DNA of 63,176 bases, filler included, from Octopus bimaculoides (taxonomy: Eukaryota): the NCBI RefSeq assembly GCF_001194135.2. It is 7 parts of 6 records of this genome, joined end to end, with 100 filler letters (N's around TTAATTAATTAA, not from the genome) between each part and the next. Parts side by side here need not be neighbours in the genome. Positions count along the whole stretch, not along the records: positions 37,076 to 39,581 come from NC_068986.1; positions 39,682 to 57,858 come from NC_068982.1; 5 more parts are not named here. One strand, 5' to 3'. Shown here in pieces: positions 37,736-49,260 of this stretch. Every line of letters begins with the position of its first letter. The stretch's first letter is position 1. Made by a program: the position numbers and the translations under genes. Below the pieces are notes generated by a model that was given only the letters and a program-made list of their open reading frames with translations, did not search any database and was not told where the DNA came from.

Positions 37736-38000
37736 TGTAACACCCCAAGAGTGTAGTGGGTACTTTTACGTGCCACCAGTATGAAGACCAGTTAGGCGGT
37801 ACTGGCAATGACCATGCTCAAATGGTGTTTTTTACATTCCACCTGCACAGGAGCCAGTCTGGCGGCACTGGCAATGACTACACTCAAATGTTGTTTTTCA
37901 TGTGCCAGTAAGGTGACGCTGGCAATGATCACACTCAAATGGTGCTATTTATGTGCCACCGGCTCAGGAGCCAGTCAGTGTTATTTTCATTTTTGCAAGA
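37736..38000 (-). mobile_element. Family D element, partial (~60-bp internal tandem repeats)
   Basis: Repeats of GGCGGCACTGGCAATGAC..CACTCAAATGGTG, as in 38705-39250. Confidence 0.8.
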
Positions 38001-38022
38001 TTTAGATGACCCTGTATATAGG

Positions 38023-38219
38023 TGCAGGTGTAGTTGTGTGGTATAAAGATTGCTTCCCAACCATATGGTTCAGGATTCAGTCCCACTGGATGGCACATTT
38101 TAGGAAAGAGTTTTCTACTATAGCCTCAGGCTGACCAAGGCCTTGTGAGAGGATTTGGTAGATGGAAACAGAAAGAAGTATGTTGTATATATGTATTTAT
38201 GTGTGTTTGTGTGTTTGTG
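38023..38219 (+). mobile_element. SINE family A 5' module
   Basis: Matches 32093-32250. Confidence 0.85.
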
Positions 38220-38463
38220 NNNNNNNNNNNNNNNNNNNNNNNNNNNNNNNNNNNNNNNNNNNNNNNNNNNNNNNNNNNNNNNNNNNNNNNNNNNNNNNNN
38301 NNNNNNNNNNNNNNNNNNNTATATATATACACATATATATTTATATATATATACACATATATATTTATACATATATATTCACATATATATTTATACATAT
38401 ATACATATATATATTTATATATATATATATTTATATATCTATACATATATATATTTATATATC

Positions 38464-38507
<44 letters not shown>

Positions 38508-38535
38508 TATATATGAATATATGTGTGTGTATATG

Positions 38536-38567
<32 letters not shown>

Positions 38568-38584
38568 TATATGAATATGTGTAT

Positions 38585-38618
<34 letters not shown>

Positions 38619-38627
38619 GTATATATT

Positions 38628-38659
<32 letters not shown>

Positions 38660-38704
38660 AATACATATATATATATATATATACACACACATATATCTAT
38701 ATGT

Positions 38705-39250
38705 ACCAATATCATCATCATCATCATCATCATCGCTGTTTAACGTCCGCTTTCCATGCTGGCATGGGTTGGACGGTTTGACTGAGGACTGGCGAGCCAG
38801 AAGGCTGCACGAAGCTCCAATCTGATCTACAGCTGGATACCCTTCCTAAAACCAACCACCCCAAGAGTGTAGTGTGTGCTTTTACGTGCCACCGACATGA
38901 GACCAGTCAGGCAGTACTTGTAATGAGCACGCTCAAATGGTGTTTTTTACATGTCACCTGCACAGGAGCCTGTCTGGCGGCACTGGCAACGACTACACTC
39001 AAATGTTGTTTTTCATGTGCCACCGGCACAGATGCCAGTAGGGTGACACTAGCAATGATCACACTCAAATGGTGCTATTTACGTGCCACTGACTCAGGAG
39101 CCAGTCAGTTGCCCTGGCAACAATCATGCTTGGATGGTGAATTTAACGTGTCACTGGCACGGGTGCTAATCAGGTGCCACTGTCATCAGCCACGTCAGCG
39201 ATTTTCATTTCACTTATCTCAAGAGGTCTTCACAAGCAAAGTCATGCGAA
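38705..39250 (-). mobile_element. Family D non-autonomous retroelement with RTE-like (GAT)n tail and internal ~60-bp tandem array
   Basis: Minus-strand 3' end CATGCCAGCATGGAAAGCGGACGTTAAACAGCGATGATGATG; four to five ~60-bp repeats. Confidence 0.75.
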
Positions 39251-39374
39251 CCTAGCCAGTAAGGTGGCACAATTCAAAATCTAAAACGATGCATAGTGCA
39301 TTGCAACCAACAATGTATAACAACATCTGATAGTCTAGTTGATCACATGATCATGTGAAATATATGTATATAAG

Positions 39375-39535
39375 GAGCAGGAATGGCTGTGTGATAAGTG
39401 GCTTGCTAACCAACCATCTAGTTCTGGTTTCAGTCCCACTACATGGTACCTTGGGCAAGTGTACTCTGCTATAACATCAGGCTAACCAAAGCCTTTTGAG
39501 TAGATTTGGCAGACGGAAACTGAAAAGAGACCATC

Positions 39536-39540
<5 letters not shown>
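39375..39540 (+). mobile_element. SINE family A 5' module
   Basis: Matches 32093-32250. Confidence 0.85.
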
Positions 39541-39581
<41 letters not shown>

Positions 39582-39681
39582 NNNNNNNNNNNNNNNNNNN
39601 NNNNNNNNNNNNNNNNNNNNNNNNNTTAATTAATTAANNNNNNNNNNNNNNNNNNNNNNNNNNNNNNNNNNNNNNNNNNNN

Positions 39682-39778
39682 CCACACGTGACAGCAGCCG
39701 TTCGGCATAAGCCCACAGGTCGGAAATCTTTGGACACTGCACGAGTGCGTGCAGAACGGTTTCGTCGCTCTGACCGCA
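39682..39778 (-). mobile_element. Tx1/L1-type LINE ORF2 C-terminal zinc-knuckle (zf-RVT) fragment
   Basis: A minus frame not in the ORF track reads CGQSDETVLHALVQCPKISDLWAYAERLLSRV (C..ET..H...C....W motif); GC-rich; abuts a gap. Confidence 0.8.
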
Positions 39779-39781
39779 TCA

Positions 39782-39835
<54 letters not shown>

Positions 39836-40804
39836 GCAAACATACATACATACATACATACATACATACATGTGTATATATGTACATAAGTATACGTCTA
39901 TTTGAAGGACTGTAAAATCAACATGGGTATAACAAAATATTAAGTCACGTGTTAAGTTATATCTTCTTTAATGTTTGAGCAATGTTTCTGCAGGTGAATC
40001 TACGTTGAAACAATTACAGTATTACGCAATAAAGTAAGTTGTTCAATTCATTTTTTATTTTATACACACACACACACACACACTCATTTACACACATACG
40101 CACAGACGCTCATATACACACACGTAGACGCGAACACACACATACACATATTCACGCCTACATGCTCTCTCACTTTCTCACATACACAAACAGAAAGACA
40201 AATATACAATATGGCATGGGATTTCGATGACAGATGACACGCAATCAGTACTTGCAAATAAACTTACTCCTGCAATATTTTGCTCCGTAACGATTACGTC
40301 CCTTTACGGCCATGTTGTATTCTCCTTACCGAGGCCAATACAATAAATACCAAGAAAAGCTTTGTGGCTGAATTAATCGACTAGTGACCATATATTGCAG
40401 CTGATCTCTCTCACACTCGCAACGCCAGCACACAAAAGTGATAGGAGTTGATGCAAGAAAATTCCAGTCTAATATATATATATATATATANNNNNNNNNN
40501 NNNNNNNNNNNNNNNNNNNNNNNNNNNNNNNNNNNNNNNNNNNNNNNNNNNNNNNNNNNNNNNNNNNNNNNNNNNNNNNNNNNNNNNNNNNNNNNNNNNN
40601 NNNNNNNNNNNNNNNNNNNNNNNNNNNNNNNNNNNNNNNNNNNNNNNNNNNNNNNNNNNNNNNNNNNNNNNNNNNNNNNNNNNNNNNNNNNNNNNNNNNN
40701 NNNNNNNNNNNNNNNNNNNNNNNNNNNNNNNNNNNNNNNNNNNNNNNNNNNNNNTATATATATATATATATCAATATATATATATGTATATATATACATA
40801 TGCA

Positions 40805-40858
<54 letters not shown>

Positions 40859-41832
40859 GTGTGTATATGTGTGTGTGGATATATATATACATATATGGAT
40901 GTACACATGCATATGCATACACACATGCAGACACAAAGACGCGTGCGCATGCGCACACATACACTACTCTCACATATTCTCCAACCTAAATTAACGATTT
41001 TGACACTTCTGCTCTATTGTTGTCTGACTTTCTACTAAACAGAATTGTTATTCATCACGAGAGTATTGGATTTCTTGAAGTGCTTCTCATAAGATAATGT
41101 GTTTTCATTCCTTGAGACTGTTGTGAATTCTTTCGCTATGCTTTTATTATATTCGTCTTATGATTTTCTACATTCTCTCAATATAATAATGACAATACAA
41201 ATCTCTTATATGTGATGTAAGACACGAAACGCTATAGGAACGTATGTTGTTTAAGGAAATTTTACATAAAATACATTTTTTTCCAGCATTTTATCATACA
41301 GTATTCATATCTCCCAAAGAAAATAGTAAATTTAAGCTTTTATCCTTGGCAACCATTCTAATAACCTCTCCTCTTAAACATTATAGGGTCGATGTTTTCT
41401 TTTAATTTTGCCCGTATTGTGTCAAAATGCCTCGAATGTAATTTTTATTCTTAAAGGAATTCAGTTCAAAGTTTGCTTTTGGTTTCCCCACGAAATATAC
41501 CTCACGATTATCATCTGAATGAGAAGTTCGATGTATTATGTTGGTAAACTAGTAAACGCAGAAGAAATGGAATTCATAGCTAGTTGTGTACACAGCGTTT
41601 TATCCAAGCCAGTCAAAACAACCTTTTGACTTGCGAATAGTGTGATTTCATTTTCGTTCGACATAAATTTCGAAAATTTAATACTAACGTTCTAATTATT
41701 TTTTTTTAAATGTACCATTTTCTACAGTTTCTTTGCTTCTCTTTTCATTTTGTTTGTTGGTAAGTCAGAGCGAAGGACTGTGTATTTGAAATTTGCAGTA
41801 ATGTTAATTGAATATACTTTGTCACTCATGTA

Positions 41833-41954
41833 CGAGGGGTGTAAGAAAAGTTTTGAACCTTCAAGACCTTTGAGCCTTGAGGTCTTGTACCTTCATCAGA
41901 AGTCTTGTACCATGTTTGTTTTCTTGAGGCTCAAAGCTTTTCATAACCACTTCG
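41833..41954. mobile_element. 122-bp mariner-derived MITE
   Basis: TA-CGAGGGGTGTAAGAAAAGTTTTGAACCT ... AGGCTCAAAGCTTTTCATAACCACTTCG-TA; imperfect ~28-bp TIRs and TA TSD. Confidence 0.8.
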
Positions 41955-42182
41955 TACATAACATACGTGGGTATTTAAATTTCTCTGTATATTGATGAGG
42001 ATTGATCAAATTGGAAATCAGCGATCGGTGGTCTGGCTCAGTCTCGGTTGCTGTAGGGAGCTTGTCTCCCTCGTCAGCCATTAGACAAGTGTTCTTCCCC
42101 GTGGCTGAGAGTTGTTCTGACACTTATTTCTAGCAATCCTAGTGCTGACTATAACTCTCAGTCACTTTACTGACATTTATAC

Positions 42183-42263
<81 letters not shown>

Positions 42264-42376
42264 TGTATGTATATACTTAATTCAAAAGCGGAGAAAACAT
42301 TAAGAGAAAAACTACAAGGTGAGGACGTAGCACATATAAAGTATTAATAAGTTGCTCAGAGAAGTTAAAAGAGTGG

Positions 42377-42415
42377 TTGTTTTACGTTTCGAGTATAGCA
42401 CCTCTTCGGAAACAA
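42377..42415 (-). ncRNA. Minimal type I hammerhead ribozyme motif (PLE/retrozyme type), U4C variant
   Basis: Minus RNA UUGUUU-CCGAAGA-GGUGCUAUACUC-GAAA-CGUA-AAACAA: perfect 6-bp stem I, G10.1-C11.1 stem II, palindromic ACGU stem III, GUA cleavage triplet. Confidence 0.65.
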
Positions 42416-44016
42416 GAAACATACGAAAGCATAAAGGAAAAGGAAAAAGGAGGGGAAAAATCGCCAACAGTTCACGTATAGTTACATTATACATGCAAAT
42501 ATACATACATACATACATACATACATACATACATACATACATACATGCATACATACATGCAGACGTACACACAAACACATCATGTTTTCGCTTAGACATA
42601 GTAATAATACTAAGAAGCTGTTAGAACTCAACATTTTTATACTTTAGAATAAAGTTTTAGGCGAATACAGAGCGTAATAAGAATTATTGAATGAGAGAAG
42701 TGAACAAGAATGACGCAAACAACTTCACTGTTCTACAGGTATTTCTGCTGTAAGAAGCAGTGCACGCGAAACTGAGTATTTATGCAACCTTTCATAGCAT
42801 GCTGGGATACGTACATACATAGGTACAAACATATTAACGTGTGTGTGTGTGTGTGTGNNNNNNNNNNNNNNNNNNNNNNNNNNNNNNNNNNNNNNNNNNN
42901 NNNNNNNNNNNNNNNNNNNNNNNNNNNNNNNNNNNNNNNNNNNNNNNNNNNNNNNNNNNNNNNNNNNNNNNNNNNNNNNNNNNNNNNNNNNNNNNNNNNN
43001 NNNNNNNNNNNNNNNNNNNNNNNNNNNNNNNNNNNNNNNNNNNNNNNNNNNNNNNNNNNNNNNNNNNNNNNNNNNNNNNNNNNNNNNNNNNNNNNNNNNN
43101 NNNNNNNNNNNNNNNNNNNNNNNNNNNNNNNNNNNNNNNNNNNNNNNNNNNNNNNNNNNNNNNNNNNNNNNNNNNNNNNNNNNNNNNNNNNNNNNNNNNN
43201 NNNNNNNNNNNNNNNNNNNNNNNNNNNNNNNNNNNNNNNNNNNNNNNNNNNNNNNNNNNNNNNNNNNNNNNNNNNNNNNNNNNNNNNNNNNNNNNNNNNN
43301 NNNNNNNNNNNNNNNNNNNNNNNNNNNNNNNNNNNNNNNNNNNNNNNNNNNNNNNNNNNNNNNNNNNNNNNNNNNNNNNNNNNNNNNNNNNNNNNNNNNN
43401 NNNNNNNNNNNNNNNNNNNNNNNNNNNNNNNNGTGTGTGTGTGTGTATATCGAAGGAAACTGAAGATCGATTGCTTGTAACAAAAGGAAAAAAAAATCTG
43501 GTAACGCAGCTAGTGATATTAAAATGAGCGGCCTACTAAACCTGGAATCCATTTTAACGGGGGCCATTAAAAGGGAAACGTTTTGACTGAGGCCTGCGGC
43601 ATAAGAGAATTTCACATATTCAACCTGTATAAAGCTGATATGATTCTAGCATGATGACGATGTAGATGCTAAAGGTTGTCGATTATTTATTTATTACGGC
43701 TGAGAAATACATAGAAATTCGTATGTTATGTAAATTGGGACCTCATTCCGTTTATAGACTACAGCGGTAAAACATTCTGGAAGCCCGTCATATAATCTAT
43801 CACAATTACTTTGATTAGTTAATTGTGAACACGGTTACTGCTGGTCAGTGCCCTCGTTACTGCCTTGACCCATTAAAAGCCAATGACGACCAACGATCAC
43901 TGTCACCCCCACGGTTTATATGCAGATCAGCTATGTTCAAGTGTGTGCCTCACTCTCTTTCCCTCTATCCCTATCTCTCTAATTTCTCCATTCTCCATTC
44001 TCTCATGTATGTATTA

Positions 44017-44052
<36 letters not shown>

Positions 44053-44056
<4 letters not shown>

Positions 44057-44267
44057 TCTTTTACTCTTTTACTTGTTTCAGTCATTTGACTGTGACCATG
44101 CTGGAGCACCACCTTTAGTAGAAGAAATCGACCCCAGGACTTATTCTTTGTAAGCCTAGTACTTATTCTATCGGTCTCTTTTGCCGAACCGCTAAATTAC
44201 AGGGACGTAAACACACCAGCATCAGTCGTCAAGCGATGTTGGTGGAGGGGGGGACAAACACAGACAN
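44053..44267 (-). mobile_element. SINE family A 3' module (rest in gap)
   Basis: Reverse complement of 32340-32530. Confidence 0.88.
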
Positions 44268-44694
44268 NNNNNNNNNNNNNNNNNNNNNNNNNNNNNNNNN
44301 NNNNNNNNNNNNNNNNNNNNNNNNNNNNNNNNNNNNNNNNNNNNNNNNNNNNNNNNNNNNNNNNNNNNNNNNNNNNNNNNNNNNNNNNNNNNNNNNNNNN
44401 NNNNNNNNNNNNNNNNNNNNNNNNNNNNNNNNNNNNNNNNNNNNNNNNNNNNNNNNNNNNNNNNNNNNNNNNNNNNNNNNNNNNNNNNNNNNNNNNNNNN
44501 NNNNNNNNNNNNNNNNNNNNNNNNNNNNNNNNNNNNNNNNNNNNNNNNNNNNNNNNNNNNNNNNNNNNNNNNNNNNNNNNNNNNNNNNNNNNNNNNNNNN
44601 NNNNNNNNNNNNNNNNTATATATATATATATATATATTTGTGTGCGTGTGTGCGCGCGCGCGTATCGATACAAGTACATATTTGACATGATATA

Positions 44695-44878
44695 TTGGTT
44701 TCAAAATTTGGCACAAGGCCGGTGGTTCCGGGGGATGGAGTAAATCAATTTCATCAACTCCGAAAGGATGTGAGGCAAAATTGACTTTTGCGGAATTCAA
44801 ATAGAGAATGTAGAGACGTCCGAAATACCGCTAAGCATTTTGTCCGGCATGTTAACGACTCTTCCAGCTCACCGCCTT
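44695..44878 (-). mobile_element. SINE family B
   Basis: GCGGAATTCAAATAGAGAATGTAG...AATACCGCTAAGCATTTTG...CAGCTCACCGCCTT. Confidence 0.85.
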
Positions 44879-45011
44879 TTTTGATAAGTATAATGTATTA
44901 ATCAGTGTTAAGTGAGTACCTATTCGTGCGTGTGTGTGTGTGTGTGTGCGCGCGCATGCGCCTGCAGTCATTAAATGTTCCCTTGCTCATTTAAGTCTAT
45001 CACATTTCTCT

Positions 45012-45046
<35 letters not shown>

Positions 45047-45375
45047 AGCCACGCAAGAACATATATACTTGTCTCCCTTCCATCTGACACACCATTGTGC
45101 ATCATTTTCCTAGCTATACACTGTAAATGGTACCGTACACATTGTCAGTCTCACACATCTCATCACTCGCCTTGCTACTGAACTCTGAAGCACATTTCCT
45201 ATTCATATTTATCACGTAAAGGTTAAAATGTTGCAGCAGTAAAAATGCATTCACATTCAACATTCACTCCATTAGCCTTACACATTCGTAACTACATTCC
45301 GGTCAATGACAGTTTTAAATGGTTACGGGCACATTCTAGCCTCTAGCAACAAATATTTAAATGTACTCATATATA

Positions 45376-46195
45376 CAGGTGGCGATGGGTAAATTGACGC
45401 CATTTTATATTTTTAATTTCGTGCATGCGCAGTGTGTGTTTTTGGTTTTATTGACTACACAGTATAGTTGGGTCAGTTGGGCACCGTCTGTGCGAAAAAC
45501 AATACCATGACGCTATTCACTCTGCAAGAAATTTGGAAACATGCTGTACTGTCTGGCATTCGCGCCGGAAACTCCAATACGAGCATTTCAGAGTGTTTGG
45601 GTGTCAATCTGAGTGTCTGCCGTGTCTCCAAAACATGTACCGAGAGTAATAAAAATCAAACATCCAATCAACGTCATGATGTTTGGAGTGATCACTGGAG
45701 ATGGCCACGTTATGCCTCCATTTATCTTCCCACATGACCTCACACTCAACACGGATGCCTACATCAAGTGCTTGGAGGAGGTAGTGCTGCGCTGTGTCAA
45801 TAGGGTAGCTGCTGGAAGACCTTATATCTGGCAAAAGGACTCTACACCATGCCACACGAGTAGATTGCAGTCATGGCTGTCAGACAATTTCTGTGACCAC
45901 ATCACCCCTAACATCTGGCCACCTAGCTTCCCAGATTGCAATCTTGATTATTTTGTGTGGAGCGCAGTTAAGTGAGAGACCACCAAATTCTTTGTAACAC
46001 CAATGATGTAGTGAAGGTATGGATTATGGCAGCATTCATCAACTTCAACAAGGACACCATCCAGGAGAGTTTCAGATTACGAAGTCGTCTAGAGCCCATG
46101 GCTGAAGCCAAACGCAATTTTATTGAATAAATTTACTCTTTAGCACTTCGTGATATTTTTATGTAATATATCTGCTAAAATGAGAAGCCACTGTT
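45376..46195 (+). mobile_element. Internally deleted DD37D (maT) element
   Basis: TA+CAGGTGGCGATGGGTAAATTG; KHVPRVIKIKHPINVMMFGVITGDG..WQKDSTPCH..WPPSFPDCNLDYFVW. Confidence 0.92.
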
Positions 46196-46210
46196 AGATA
46201 CACAGATAGA

Positions 46211-46976
46211 TACATTTCTTTTATTAGCCACACGGGGCTCAACGAAGATGGGACAAATACAATGTAGAGCTTTTCTTTTTGGGAGGGGGAAGNNNNNNNN
46301 NNNNNNNNNNNNNNNNNNNNNNNNNNNNNNNNNNNNNNNNNNNNNNNNNNNNNNNNNNNNNNNNNNNNNNNNNNNNNNNNNNNNNNNNNNNNNNNNNNNN
46401 NNNNNNNNNNNNNNNNNNNNNNNNNNNNNNNNNNNNNNNNNNNNNNNNNNNNNNNNNNNNNNNNNNNNNNNNNNNNNNNNNNNNNNNNNNNNNNNNNNNN
46501 NNNNNNNNNNNNNNNNNNNNNNNNNNNNNNNNNNNNNNNNNNNNNNNNNNNNNNNNNNNNNNNNNNNNNNNNNNNNNNNNNNNNNNNNNNNNNNNNNNNN
46601 NNNNNNNNNNNNNNNNNNNNNNNNNNNNNNNNNNNNNNNNNNNNNNNNNNNNNNNNNNNNNNNNNNNNNNNNNNNNNNNNNNNNNNNNNNNNNNNNNNNN
46701 NNNNNNNNNNNNNNNNNNNNNNNNNNNNNNNNNNNNNNNNNNNNNNNNNNNNNNNNNNNNNNNNNNNNNNNNNNNNNNNNNNNNNNNNNNNNNNNNNNNN
46801 NNNNNNNNNNNNNNNNNNNNNNNNNNNNNNNNNNNNNNNNNNNNNNNNNNNNNNNNNNNNNNNNNNNNNNNNNNNNNNNNNNNNNNNNNNCTGCCGGCAT
46901 CTCGGACAGGTCGGCCCCGTGTTTCTCGAGCCATGCCTGTAGAGCTTATCCCGAACGGGTAGTGCTTCTCGATAGC
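46211..46976 (-). mobile_element. 5'-truncated Tx1/L1-type LINE (zf-RVT start, gap, putative 3' UTR end)
   Basis: 46974-46891 reads YREALPVRDKLYRHGSRNTGPTCPRCRQ (zf-RVT); 46292-46211 reads as a 3' end with AATAAA. Continuity across the 598-N gap is inferred. Confidence 0.7.
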
Positions 46977-47075
46977 AGGCGAAGTCGACTCCAGCGGAAT
47001 TTGAACTCAGAACGTAACAGCAGACGAAATACCGCTAAGCATTTTGCTCGACGCACTAACGATTCTGCCAGCTCT
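46977..47075 (-). mobile_element. SINE family B head joined directly to the LINE fragment
   Basis: GAGCTGGCAGAATCGTTAG...AATTCCGCTGGAGTCGACTTCGCCT is followed immediately by LINE ORF2 sequence in the same orientation. Confidence 0.85.
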
Positions 47076-47351
47076 TTTATTAATATTTAGCTGAAGTGAT
47101 AGGGTGACTCAGTGTCCCGGAGTTTCGTGCGTTGGTACCTTCATATGTGTATGTATATGTGTATGTATGTGTGTGTGTGTGTGTGTGTGCATGTGTGTGT
47201 GTTAAAATACACACACACACACACACATATTCACATAAACTTTTGTAGGACCTCTTGCTTATGAAAGTATGTATCTATCTCCGTTTCTATAAATGTATCT
47301 CCCCCAATACTTACGTATATACATACATATATTTGTGTGTGTGTGTGCGTG

Positions 47352-47382
<31 letters not shown>

Positions 47383-49025
47383 CCAGACGGATATATACAT
47401 GATATGCATATGTTTTTGCACCTAACCAATATTCTGCGGATGGCTTTGAACGACGTTGGAGAAATTGCAGTCGAATCAACCATCCATCAAATTAAGACAA
47501 CTGTAATTAAGACGAACAGCAGCGAGTAACAACAATATCAGAGGCAACAACAACAACAACAACAACAATAGAAGAGAAATGAATGCCTGTTGAAAAGACA
47601 ATATCAAACAAACCACCCGGATGTGCTTTATTATGCTCACACCATTTACATTTTAAAGCGTCTAAAGAACTAATGATATAGAACCGAAAATGGGAAAAAT
47701 AAATAAATGTATAAATATACGAAAATGGAGACTGATATGTCTAATTCCGCAAAATATGTACATACATAATTATAGATTTTCACCAATGTGAACAGGAACA
47801 TATGTTAGAACTGTTCCTAGCCATGTGTTAAAACTATTCCACAGCATTGCGAAGAACCATATATGGAAATATTGATTACTTTTCATCTTTTTTTTATGTT
47901 CTTTGTTTTTTCTTCATTTCTTTCTGTCTGTGCAAAGAATACACACACACAAACACACACACACACACACAAAACACACATATATGTATGCATGTGTGTG
48001 TGTTTATGTATGTATGTATATATTTATGTATGTATTTATATATGTATGTATGAATGTATGTATGTATGTATGTATGTGTGTATGTGTGTATGTGTGTATG
48101 TATGTATGTATGTATGTATCTAGAAACGTATGTATGTAAAGGAAGAGTCATTTAGACGTACCACTGTATTTTAATGCTAAACATATTTTATCGACCTGGC
48201 TTGGCCAGATTTTTATCAGTTATGCAGAGGAGAAGGGACAAACTGTGACAATTTTCCCCTTCTTATGGGCCATCGTGTCTTTTGAGAAGATAAAATGTTT
48301 CCTTACCATCGAGACTTGACAGAAAAGCTTACAACAATGTCCTTATTTGCGCTTTCAGATGAACGTAACATTTGAACTGACTTCATTGTTAATCCTTATG
48401 TCACCGTTAAGGAATATTCGTCTTAAAATTCATGAGTGATTTCCTATTGCATTTCTTCAGATATTCTTTTCATATATTAAAAATACGCCATCTTTTCTAC
48501 TTTATATAGCAAAGTAGATATTTTTGTCAGAACATTCAGAAAATATTTTTTTTTAAGTAAAGAGACAATACTTAAAAGTATGCGTTAATGATCCTATCGT
48601 TAATGATTCTATCAATACTAGAAAACCGGATGGCAAAATTTCCTTCGGTTGAATTTGGAGCCATTATATTATAGAACCAAAAAGCAGAGATACCCCTCAA
48701 GGTATCTATGCTCCGACGTGCTAACGATCCAGCCAATTTGCCAAATTGTATCAGGTTAAGACCTACTAAATGTATTCAAAGGTCAGTTTTTTTTTTTTCG
48801 TGTTGGACAAATCAGTGGATTATGTCTGACATTCAAGTCACAGATGTCTAACAAGTTTCATTCAGAAGGATTTGGTCGATAAGTTAAAGAAGTGCTATAA
48901 CTAACTTCTTAGAAATACATAAATTTGATGTTGAATATTTCTGAAAAATTCGGTAATTTAATGATATGCGATGGAAGTATCTGAACATTTAATAGTATGC
49001 ATCACCTCCAGAAACATAAGGACCC

Positions 49026-49260
49026 AAGGCGGCGAACTGGCAGAAACGTTAGCCCGCCGGGCGAAATGCTTAGCAGTATTTCGTCTGCCGTTACGTTCTA
49101 AGTTCAAATTCCGCCAAAGTCGACTTTGCCTTTCATCCTTTCGAGGTCGATAAATTAAGTACCAGTTACGCACTGGGTTAGATGTAATCGACTTAATCAT
49201 TTTGTCTGTCCTTGTTTGTCCCCTCTATGTTTAGCCCCTTGTTGGCAATATAGAAAAAAG
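49026..49260 (+). mobile_element. SINE family B with Tx1-like tail
   Basis: Intact head and core; tail TTTGTCCCCTCTATGTTTAGCCCCTTGTTGGCAATATAGAAAA. Confidence 0.92.
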
